A stretch of DNA of 32,000 nt from Nostoc punctiforme PCC 73102 (GTDB taxonomy: Bacteria; Cyanobacteriota; Cyanobacteriia; Cyanobacteriales; Nostocaceae). Both the position numbers and the translations under genes were made by a program. Shown here piece by piece: positions 8,840 to 16,424 of the stretch; the stretch's first letter is position 1, and every line of letters begins with the position of its first letter. The stretch is taken from assembly GCF_000020025.1 (NCBI RefSeq), contig NC_010628.1:5220001-5252000 (forward strand). Direction: 5' to 3'. Under the pieces are notes generated by a model that saw only the letters and a list, made by a program, of their open reading frames with translations, searched no databases and was not told the origin of the DNA.

Positions 8840-8944
8840 TTATTCTTCTCCGCCTTGAATTTTTAGTAACAATGCGCCTAAGCCCCAGCCCACGAAGATT
8901 AAACCGAAGGACAATATAGCTGCATTCAAAATTTCGCCGCCCAT
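8840..8944 (-). CDS. petM: Cytochrome b6f complex subunit 7 (PetM), 34 aa
   Basis: Not in the ORF track (<60 aa). The translation is [34 protein letters not shown]: one TM helix plus the KIQGxEE end typical of cyanobacterial PetM. AGGAG lies 8 nt upstream of the ATG. Confidence 0.85.
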   Translation of the reverse strand: MGGEILNAAILSFGLIFVGWGLGALLLKIQGGEE

Positions 8945-9151
8945 TGGTGTGATTCTCCTTATGCAAATTAGTGTGTGTAAACTAGGTCTAGCAGAAGCTT
9001 TTCAATAGTTACTGTAGGATTAGACCTGTGTAAATAATTTTAAACTAGTTTAGCAAGTAATCCCTACTGGTTTGGGGGGCAATCCCTACTGTAGAACGGG
9101 AAATGAGGGGGATGGGGAAAATTTTGATGATAATAATTATGAATAAATTTT

Positions 9152-10246
9152 ATGTATCAAAATAATCAAGGTGATTTAGTGAATTTTAGCAAAAAGAATC
9201 GCCCACGTTTGGCGCTGACGCTGGGAGATCCGGCAGGTATTGGGACGGAGGTGATTTTAAAAGCTTTAGCAAAACCGGAAATTAGTAAAAAATACGACGT
9301 AACAGTGGTGGGTAATGGGGATTTGCTGGCACAGACTTATCACAAATTGAATTTAATCGAGAATTTAGCACCTTTGGCAAATCCAGAAGAGTTGTCTGTC
9401 TGTGATGTGCAATTGGATGGAGAAATTAAAGGTCAAATTATTCCAGGAATAGGTAATGCGGCTAGTGGTGCGGCTAGTTTTGCTTATATGGAATGTGCTA
9501 TCGCACAAACACTCGCTGGTAAATTTGATGGAATAGTCACGGGGCCGATCGCTAAATCTGCTTGGAAAGCCGCAGGGTATAATTATCCAGGGCAAACAGA
9601 ACTTTTGGCGCACAAGTCAGGTGTTGACCGTTTTGGGATGTTATTTGTGGCGCGATCGCCCCATACTAATTGGACACTCCGCACTTTACTTGCCACCACA
9701 CATATTCCCCTACGTCAAGTGGCGGATACATTGACACCGCAGTTGTTGACACAGAAATTGGATTTGCTGGTGGAGTGTTTGGAGAAAGATTTTGGGATAG
9801 AAAATGGGAGAATTGCGATCGCAGGTTTGAATCCCCACAGTGGCGAACAGGGGAAACTTGGACATGAAGAACAAGATTGGTTAATTCCCTGGTTGGAGCA
9901 AGAGCGGCAGAATAGACCAAAATTACAACTAGATGGACCCATACCACCAGATACGATGTGGGTCAAACCTGGTCAAGCTTGGTATGGAAATTCTTTAGTA
10001 AAAAATCCTGCTGATAGCTACTTAGCACTTTACCACGACCAAGGCTTAATTCCTGTGAAGTTGATGGCGTTTGATCGAGCAGTTAATACTTCTATAGGTC
10101 TTCCTTTCGTTCGAACTTCACCCGATCATGGAACAGCGTTTGATATTGCAGGTAAGGGAATTGCTGATGCTACGAGTATGAAAGCAGCGATACATTTAGC
10201 GGCTGAGTTGGTTAGTCAAAAGCTGGCCAAGAAAAATTATGAATGA
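9152..10246 (+). CDS. pdxA: 4-hydroxythreonine-4-phosphate dehydrogenase
   Basis: The blocks [22 protein letters not shown] and [17 protein letters not shown] are PdxA signatures. The start could be a few codons downstream. Confidence 0.92.
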   Translation: MYQNNQGDLVNFSKKNRPRLALTLGDPAGIGTEVILKALAKPEISKKYDVTVVGNGDLLAQTYHKLNLIENLAPLANPEELSVCDVQLDGEIKGQIIPGIGNAASGAASFAYMECAIAQTLAGKFDGIVTGPIAKSAWKAAGYNYPGQTELLAHKSGVDRFGMLFVARSPHTNWTLRTLLATTHIPLRQVADTLTPQLLTQKLDLLVECLEKDFGIENGRIAIAGLNPHSGEQGKLGHEEQDWLIPWLEQERQNRPKLQLDGPIPPDTMWVKPGQAWYGNSLVKNPADSYLALYHDQGLIPVKLMAFDRAVNTSIGLPFVRTSPDHGTAFDIAGKGIADATSMKAAIHLAAELVSQKLAKKNYE

Positions 10247-10371
10247 TTTTTAGAAATACAACTTATCATAAAGGACTAAATGGCTCTTCCCGATCGCCAA
10301 ACCTATCTTCGCTCGTAATTGTGCCAGCTATTTATGTCTCATTTTATAAACGACTCCTGAAATCGCAAAGC

Positions 10372-11091
10372 TCAAGAAGTAGTATTTTCGTCAGGTGCTT
10401 CAAACTTATAACCATAGCCGCGTACAGTTTTAATAAACTCTGGTACGCTAGGATCGACTTCCATCTTCTTGCGAAGCTGACCAATATGTACATCAACCAC
10501 CCGGCCATCTCCTACGTAGTCGCAACCCCAGATTTTCTGGATTAACTGTGGGCGACTCCAAGCTTGATTAGGATGACTTGCCAAAAAATGTAAAATATTA
10601 AATTCCAGTGCTGTTAAACCGAGAAGCTTATCGTTTAGTATTACCTCCCGTCCCTCTGGGTTAATTACTAGCTGCTTGAAAATTATCCGTTGTGTTGGTG
10701 AAGGGTTGATATAGCGTATCCGCCTCAAAAGAGCTTCTATTCTAACTTCTACTTCTGCAAGACTAAATGGTTTAGTCATGAAATCATCAGCGCCTGCACT
10801 CAAGATTTTAATTTTATCAGCCTCATCAGTCCTACTAGTTAGTATCAGTACTAAAACATTAGTACGACTCTGCATTTCTTGACAAAGGCTATAACCATTA
10901 ACATCCGGCAAATTCCAATCCAGAATTACTAAGGCTGGGTTGAATTGCTCAAACATCGATAAGGCAGTCTTACCATCTGCTGCTGCCTCTATTTGATATT
11001 TCCGGCTCAAAAAACGATGAACGAGATTTCTCACGCCGAAGTCGTCATCAACAATCAGAATTTTAGGAGTAGTAGCGGTAATCATAACCAT
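10372..11091 (-). CDS. OmpR-family response regulator, orphan
   Basis: Receiver (ILIVDDD, LVILDWNLPD, ADDFMTKPF) plus an OmpR wHTH ending VRGYGYKF. No adjacent kinase. Confidence 0.9.
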   Translation of the reverse strand: MVMITATTPKILIVDDDFGVRNLVHRFLSRKYQIEAAADGKTALSMFEQFNPALVILDWNLPDVNGYSLCQEMQSRTNVLVLILTSRTDEADKIKILSAGADDFMTKPFSLAEVEVRIEALLRRIRYINPSPTQRIIFKQLVINPEGREVILNDKLLGLTALEFNILHFLASHPNQAWSRPQLIQKIWGCDYVGDGRVVDVHIGQLRKKMEVDPSVPEFIKTVRGYGYKFEAPDENTTS

Positions 11092-11266
11092 AATGCTGCC
11101 TATTGTAGATTGAGCGATTCGCTGTTGTCCCAGTTTTGCTGTCCGTGTTTCTGTTGAGAGTGGATTTACGCGCGTCTCTCCTGAGTACGATCGCTACTGC
11201 AGTACTTGTATACAATTAATTTTCCATGAAGCTTATGAAAACTTCAGCCACCGTAATGCTGATAAA

Positions 11267-11332
11267 TTGTATGATTTTATATGATTTTTGTATAATTTTG
11301 ACTTTACATTGTATAATTATCAAATTTTATAC
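11267..11332. promoter_or_regulatory. Helically phased AT(G/A)ATTTT direct repeats upstream of the response regulator
   Basis: ATGATTTT at 11271 and 11281, ATAATTTT at 11292, and ATAATTAT at 11313 (spacings 10, 11, 21 bp). Several copies also read as TATAAT -10 boxes. Confidence 0.3.
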
Positions 11333-11621
11333 TTAAGACAAGTGTAATGCGAGACAATTTTTATAATCAAAAACAGTCTAGAGAGACACCAGACGCTACG
11401 GCAGTTTCCTACAACTTTGGAAAAGCAATGTACTCCCTGGTTAATTAGTGATTCACAAAGACTCACAAACTAAGTCATAAGCCAATTTAGATTCTACCCA
11501 ATCCTACTTGAACTAACTGGTATCTGTTCCTGAAGGAGGACTACGAAAATTCACTCATCGTGCATTTACATGTAGCTACCCTTCTAAGCATATACTATAC
11601 TACAAATTTCAGCCTGAGACT

Positions 11622-12050
11622 ATGACAAACCAAGAACTCAGAGCATTACCAGAAGGTATAAGGGCAGCAAAAACAGCTTTAACAGACAAAACTTGGAGTC
11701 AGCATAAATTAGCAATAGCTTTAAGCATTACACGTCAACCAGGTTCCAAATTTTTTGCAGGTGAGTCAGTTTCTCGATCTTGTTTTGTGCAAATTTGCCA
11801 ACAGCTAAACTACATCATCCAAGATTTTCTCAATTGCAGTGTTGAAAATGAATCAACTAAAACTCTGCTGACATAAGGAAAACTGCTGGCTGATTTTACT
11901 AGATGGATTAGATGAAGTGCCAACAGAAAAGGCAGAACAATTAACAATCGGACTGATATAACTCCAATAGTAAGGCAAGAGATTGAAGAGAAATTATTGT
12001 TAGTGATCGCAGATATTAAAAAGCTACCTAATTTCTATAAAAATAGCTGA
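11622..12050 (+). pseudogene. Relic of an HTH-NACHT (STAND NTPase) gene
   Basis: The 84-aa ORF 11622-11876 has the N-terminal HTH module common in Nostoc multidomain STAND proteins (...SQHKLAIALSITRQPGSKFFAGESVSRSCFVQICQQLN). After a stop and a frame change, 11872-11961 encodes HKENCWLILLDGLDEVPTEK, a NACHT Walker-B (hhhhDGLDE) motif. No P-loop or downstream domains remain. Confidence 0.5.
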
Positions 12051-12355
12051 ATACTTCTAATGTTTAGACGTTTTAGGATAAAACATTTAATAAAATAAAG
12101 CTTATTATTCAGAATTTTTTTAAATAAATAAATATCCAAAATAGGATTTTAAAATATTTTATTAAAGATAATATAAACAAAAAGCTCTTTTAATAGTCCA
12201 ATTTGACTATATTTGCAATGGCTTAAATGGTATAAAATATTTTAATTAGCTACTCTATCTCAAGAGAGATTTTGAATAGATTCAGCCTAGAGAAAGAGTA
12301 ATTAAATATATTGACTCCGTTAAATTGCTATTAATATCGTCAGCAAGGAATACCT

Positions 12356-12970
12356 ATGGTTAACAATTTAGTAGGCGGCATCATTCCACCACAGCCACCA
12401 ATAGAAGGACAATCTGATGCTCATGTCTTAAAGTCTCGTTTAGAATGGGGCGAACCAGCTTTTACAATACTGGATGTGCGCGATCGCAACACCTTCAATG
12501 AAGGTCACATTATGGGAGCAATGCCCATGCCCATAGATGAATTGGTAGAGCGTGCAGTACCTTCTTTAGATAAGAGTCGTGATATTTACGTTTACGGTGC
12601 TAATGAAGAAGAAACTGCTCAAGCCGCGCAACAACTGCGTTCTAATGGATTTGAGCATGTCTCTCAACTGATAGGTGGTCTTGCTGGGTGGAAGGCTATT
12701 GGTGGCCCAACAGAAGGGATTGTTGAATCAAAAACTCCCGCAGGTGCAGACGACTACAATATCGTAGATCGGCTAAAGAATCACGAACAAAATCAGCCAA
12801 AGGGAGGTACTAGCGCGACGGAAGCCATCAAGAAAGGAGCTAGTAACCTCAAAGACAGCATTCAAGAAGGAGCTAGCAATCTCAAGGAAGGTATTCAAGA
12901 GGGAGCTAGCAATATTAAAGAAGGCATTAGCGAATCTAAAGACAGAGATGATTCCAATGTCGGCTCTTAA
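12356..12970 (+). CDS. Rhodanese-homology-domain protein lacking the catalytic Cys, with a C-terminal repeat tail
   Basis: Rhodanese fold text is present (ILDVRDRNTFNEGHIMGA...IYVYGANEEETAQAAQQL...GGLAGWK). The active-site loop position reads YGANEEE, with Gly where Cys is expected. The tail has 3 x 11-aa repeats. Confidence 0.8.
   Translation: MVNNLVGGIIPPQPPIEGQSDAHVLKSRLEWGEPAFTILDVRDRNTFNEGHIMGAMPMPIDELVERAVPSLDKSRDIYVYGANEEETAQAAQQLRSNGFEHVSQLIGGLAGWKAIGGPTEGIVESKTPAGADDYNIVDRLKNHEQNQPKGGTSATEAIKKGASNLKDSIQEGASNLKEGIQEGASNIKEGISESKDRDDSNVGS
12833..12931 (+). repeat. Three in-frame 33-bp tandem repeats (KGASNLKDSIQ / EGASNLKEGIQ / EGASNIKEGIS)
   Basis: The units are 12833-12865, 12866-12898 and 12899-12931, read directly from the sequence. 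Confidence 0.9.
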
Positions 12971-13309
12971 GTAAAAATAACTGAGAAAATCAGCGATAGA
13001 CCTCTTGCAGAAATCAAGAATAAAAACCCCACTATACCTTTGAGTTACACCACAGTCTCCCCTGTTTGCTTGCAGGGAGACGCTACAGGTGGGGTGTTAG
13101 AGAATTTTCCAAGAGGTCTAATCTTGATTTGGTATGAGCAAAGAGGTCACAATTTACTAGTCGAAAGACAGAAGATTTTGACTTTTAATGCTGGAATACA
13201 GCATCAACAAATTTTGCAAGAGACTTCATGAATTACACTTCCAAGGAAAGATGAAAATCTCTCTTGCAATACCCAATACACTTATTTTGAAATAGATTTA
13301 GTGGTTGGC

Positions 13310-13939
13310 CTAATGTTCAAATAAATCCTTAAATTGCAATAAATCTAAAGAAACTATCGTTGGCAAAAATTCAAAACACTCTTGAGCAATTTTCCAGCGT
13401 TCTTCTCGTTTGAGCATTTCTGTTAACTTCTGCTGCACACTAAGTAAGTAACGCACATCATTGGCAGCATAACTAAGTTGAGCTTCAGACAAACTAACGG
13501 CGTTGCCCCAATCAGAACTTTGAGAGCTTTTATCTAGTTCTACTTTTTCTAACTCTTGTACCACATCTTTGAGTCCGTGGCGATTTGTGTAAGTACGGGC
13601 TAACTTACTAGCAATTTTGGTGCAAAACACAGGGCTAACCTGAATCCCCAGATTGGCCCGCAAAGTGGCAATGTCAAAGCGAGCAAAGTGAAACACTTTT
13701 ACAACATTGGCCGCTTCGAAGAGTTTTTTTAAATTTGGGGCCTCAGTTTGTCCTTTGGCTATGCGAATTACAGTGACTTTCCCTTCTAGGTTGCACAGCT
13801 GGACAAGACACAAGCGATCGCGCTGTGGCAATAATCCCATCGTTTCTGTATCAACTGCGATCGCTGTCGATTCTAAATACTGTCCAAGGGCTGCGTCACT
13901 GAGATCGCGATCGCTTACCTGAAAATCTTGTAATGTCAT
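13310..13939 (-). CDS. RNase D-like 3'-5' exonuclease (DEDD family), 209 aa
   Basis: Exo motifs are present (AVDTETMGL, FHFARFD, YAANDVRYL). I prefer the ATG at 13939, because the ORF-track start at 13978 is a TTG. Confidence 0.8.
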   Translation of the reverse strand: MTLQDFQVSDRDLSDAALGQYLESTAIAVDTETMGLLPQRDRLCLVQLCNLEGKVTVIRIAKGQTEAPNLKKLFEAANVVKVFHFARFDIATLRANLGIQVSPVFCTKIASKLARTYTNRHGLKDVVQELEKVELDKSSQSSDWGNAVSLSEAQLSYAANDVRYLLSVQQKLTEMLKREERWKIAQECFEFLPTIVSLDLLQFKDLFEH

Positions 13940-14027
13940 GAATTGTTCAAAAATAATAGCAGTGTCCAGCAGATACAAGTCTTGTCAGACACTACATTAT
14001 TATTGTGCAAAAAATCATAAATTAAAT

Positions 14028-14576
14028 CTACCTAGTGCGAAAAAAGATTTGTGTCAGGTAGACTTCGCCTTGATTATTAGTAGCAACACCAATTCCAGTC
14101 AGGTTGTAATTTCCTTTCAGATTCTTTAGATGTCCGGGACTGTTGATCCAACCAGTAACAGCTTCCTCTACGGGGTTGCTATATCCCCGGTTAAAAGCAA
14201 CATTTTCTGCCGCACTGTTGTAGCGAATAGGGATAGCTTTGACTCGCCCTTCAAATCCCCGATGGCTAAATGGGGTTTTACCCTTAGCCATATTCTGACT
14301 ATGAATTCTTGCCTGTCGAGTAATATTTGCATTTAGGGTCAACTTTGGCAGTCCTTTAGAAGCCCGATATCGATTAATTTGCTCAAAAACTGATTTTTCT
14401 AGCTCAGTAGTTTTAAAAGTAGGAGTCGATATTGCAACCTGACTGGAAAAAAGCGACAACAGCTTATTACGGGTGGATGTATTCGTAGAAGGATGATTTG
14501 GTATCGGAACAGTCGTTAATCCACTAGCAAGGACAAGCGCACTTAAAGCGATGCCAAAAGCAGTTTGTCGGAACAT
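14028..14576 (-). CDS. Secreted CAP/SCP/PR-1-like (YkwD-type) domain protein, paralog A
   Basis: Signal peptide, then RIHSQNMA...FSH...AAENVA...GWINSPGHLKNL...GIGVA, which matches the CAP-domain pattern. Confidence 0.8.
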   Translation of the reverse strand: MFRQTAFGIALSALVLASGLTTVPIPNHPSTNTSTRNKLLSLFSSQVAISTPTFKTTELEKSVFEQINRYRASKGLPKLTLNANITRQARIHSQNMAKGKTPFSHRGFEGRVKAIPIRYNSAAENVAFNRGYSNPVEEAVTGWINSPGHLKNLKGNYNLTGIGVATNNQGEVYLTQIFFRTR

Positions 14577-14868
14577 GGAGAATTGCGTGATGTGTAGAGA
14601 TATAAGACTTCTACTCTACCTTATTGTTCCAACGATATATACCACGATACTATTAAGGATTGATGAATTTCGGCAATCTGGCTAAATCCTTTACAAGAAA
14701 TAGAAAAACTCATTTCCAATTGTCAATATTTCAATAGTTCATTTTCATAAAATCACGGTTATTTTTGCTGAAAATTTCAGATTTTCATGAATTACTAAAA
14801 AATAATGTAGTTTCAATTACATTCGTCTATTAAATACTACATGATTCAATATTTAATTTATAGTGGTT

Positions 14869-15283
14869 CTTAGTTGAGTGCAATACAGACCTAACCCCCA
14901 GCCCTTTCCCTTATAGGGAAGGGGAGTAAGACTCAAAGCCTCTCTCCTAAAAGTAGAGAGGTTAAACTGTATTGCTTCCATTCGATAGCCGCTATATAAG
15001 ACTTACACATCAGGTATGAAATGTCGGGGCATTCATATAGATGCATTCGCGGAGCGTCTCGTAGAGAAGTGGGTTTCCGCAGAGTATTGCCCCTACGGGA
15101 AATTAAGGCTTTCACTGCCTTTTTGCATAAGTCCTAATTTAGGAAAAGCTTTTTCCCCAGACTAAAGTCTGGGGAATTTGCGAAAACTTTTATGAGAGAG
15201 GTTTTGAATCTTACTCCCCAACGCTACTAGGTAAGGGGTTGCTCTTGTTAGGTCTGTATTTTATGGAATTGAGAACCGCTATA
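14869..15283. mobile_element. MITE-like non-autonomous element (composite/nested inverted repeats)
   Basis: Imperfect terminal inverted repeats of about 80-90 bp. Left 14869-14947: TATAGTGGTTCT...AATACAGACCTAAC...GGGGAGTAAGACTCAAAGCCTCTCTC. Right 15193-15283 is the reverse complement: GAGAGAGGTTTTGAATCTTACTCCCC...GTTAGGTCTGTATT...AGAACCGCTATA. A third related end lies at about 14968-15000. Internal hairpins are present (CCCCAGACT-aa-AGTCTGGGG 15155-15174). There is no transposase ORF. The right end abuts the stop codon of CAP paralog B. Confidence 0.65.
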
Positions 15284-15811
15284 TCAGCGAAGGAAAATTT
15301 GTGTGAAGTAGACTTTGCCTGCACTATTGGTGGCGACACCAATCCCCGTCTTATTAAAATTGCCTCTGATGTTGGCTAGATGCCCTGGACTTTTGAGCCA
15401 GCCTTGAACAGCTCTCGTCGCAGGGTCAGTTGCTCCCATGTTATAAGCAACATTTTCACCAGCAGATGCGTAAGAAATACCGATTGCTTTAATACGCTGT
15501 GAAAATCCTGTATGTCCAAAGGGAACTCTCCCACTAGCCATATCCTGACTATGAATCCTAGCTTGATTATCGATGGCAGAATTACGAGTCAGCCTTGGTA
15601 GCCCTTGAGAAGTTCTGTAGCTATTAACTTGGTTGAAAACCGATTGCTCTAAAGCAGTAGTGTCGATACTAGATGCTGCAATTTTGAAAGCATCATTTGA
15701 TATAGATGAAGACACTGGTGTAAAAGTTGAATTTGTTACAGGAGTAGCGATCGCTCCGCTACTGAGGACAATAGTGCCTAAAGCAACGCCGTAGATTGTT
15801 CTTTTAATCAT
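15284..15811 (-). CDS. Secreted CAP/SCP/PR-1-like domain protein, paralog B
   Basis: Signal peptide, then RIHSQDMA...FGH...AGENVA...GWLKSPGHLANI...GIGVA. Roughly half of the residues are identical to paralog A across the CAP domain (by eye). Confidence 0.8.
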   Translation of the reverse strand: MIKRTIYGVALGTIVLSSGAIATPVTNSTFTPVSSSISNDAFKIAASSIDTTALEQSVFNQVNSYRTSQGLPRLTRNSAIDNQARIHSQDMASGRVPFGHTGFSQRIKAIGISYASAGENVAYNMGATDPATRAVQGWLKSPGHLANIRGNFNKTGIGVATNSAGKVYFTQIFLR

Positions 15812-15946
15812 GTGCTGAAAGTAAACTTCCAGACAATCTAATCAAACTAATCTAAATGTGACAAATTGCTTATAGGTCTATATATTTCTGTTTATGCTCT
15901 TTTTTGTTCAAACGCGACTACAAAACTTTAAAATTCACAATCTTAC

Positions 15947-16012
15947 GAAAAAAGTGCTGTTTATGAAAAATTTCCCTCTACCATTAGGACTATTTTCGCT
16001 ATTTAAACAGCA
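15947..16012 (-). terminator. Putative terminator ending the trpB-methyltransferase-small ORF unit
   Basis: A 9-bp stem (TGCTGTTTA 15955-15963 / TAAACAGCA 16004-16012) with a long 40-nt loop. On the minus strand it is followed by CTTTTTTCG. Confidence 0.4.
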
Positions 16013-16041
16013 TAATTTTCTCCACTAAAGCCTCTGTACGG

Positions 16042-16329
16042 CTAGCTTTGGTTGAGAGTTTCTAACTCTTCCTGCACCACACGTAACACCCGTGCAATAT
16101 ATTCTGCACGCCACAGTTCTCGCTCTTTTGTTACTTTTGCATCTGGTTCGTAAGCTTCGATCTCAGTAGCCGATAAAATACCTTTAACCTCTAGTAACCT
16201 TTCAATGGTGTCCAGACGCTCATGCAGCACAGACACCTCGCCAGTCAAAGCCATGACCATCGCTAACAATTTATCGATTTGTGGATTGTCTAAGTAAACA
16301 GGTCGTTTACCCTTAGCTATTTTTGTCAT
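16042..16329 (-). CDS. Small hypothetical coiled-coil protein, 95 aa
   Basis: I prefer the ATG at 16329 (MTKIAKGKRPVYLDNPQIDKLL...); the ORF-track start at 16368 is a TTG. Same strand as the methyltransferase and 95 nt downstream of its stop codon (the ORF-track TTG start at 16368 would leave 56 nt). No family recognised. Confidence 0.5.
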   Translation of the reverse strand: MTKIAKGKRPVYLDNPQIDKLLAMVMALTGEVSVLHERLDTIERLLEVKGILSATEIEAYEPDAKVTKERELWRAEYIARVLRVVQEELETLNQS

Positions 16330-16401
16330 CCTAATACCAATTCTCCAAAAGTAAGAATACATACACAAAACAAAGAAACCCAGATAAAATCTGGCTTTCT
16401 C

Positions 16402-16419
16402 AATTACGAATTACGAATT
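16402..16419. repeat. AATTACG heptamer repeat (STRR-like); identical 19-mer at 31675-31693
   Basis: AATTACGAATTACGAATTG occurs at both loci, read directly from the sequence. Confidence 0.7.
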
Positions 16420-16424
16420 GGTAT

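Noticed and set aside
9365-9966. Four overlapping ORFs (both strands) inside pdxA
   Set aside because: All are nested in or antisense to pdxA, and none has a recognisable motif.
10243-10545. 100-aa plus-strand ORF after pdxA
   Set aside because: More than half of it overlaps the 3' end of the convergent response-regulator gene. No motif.
11202-11213. Possible NtcA site (GTA...TAC)
   Set aside because: The spacing is N6 here and N11 at 4582-4598, not the canonical GTA-N8-TAC. I found no canonical NtcA box in the spacers I scanned.
13040-13231. 63-aa plus-strand ORF downstream of the rhodanese gene
   Set aside because: It lies across a hairpin-dense element, has no SD, and gives an implausible translation.
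13707-14336. ORFs 13707-13922, 13938-14129 and 14130-14336 (+)
   Set aside because: They are antisense to the RNase D-like and CAP-A genes.
14933-15115. 60-aa minus-strand ORF inside the MITE-like element
   Set aside because: It is a translation of dispersed-repeat sequence (the ...TLRKPTSLRDAPRM... type of repeat-derived peptide). It is too short and has no features of a transposase.
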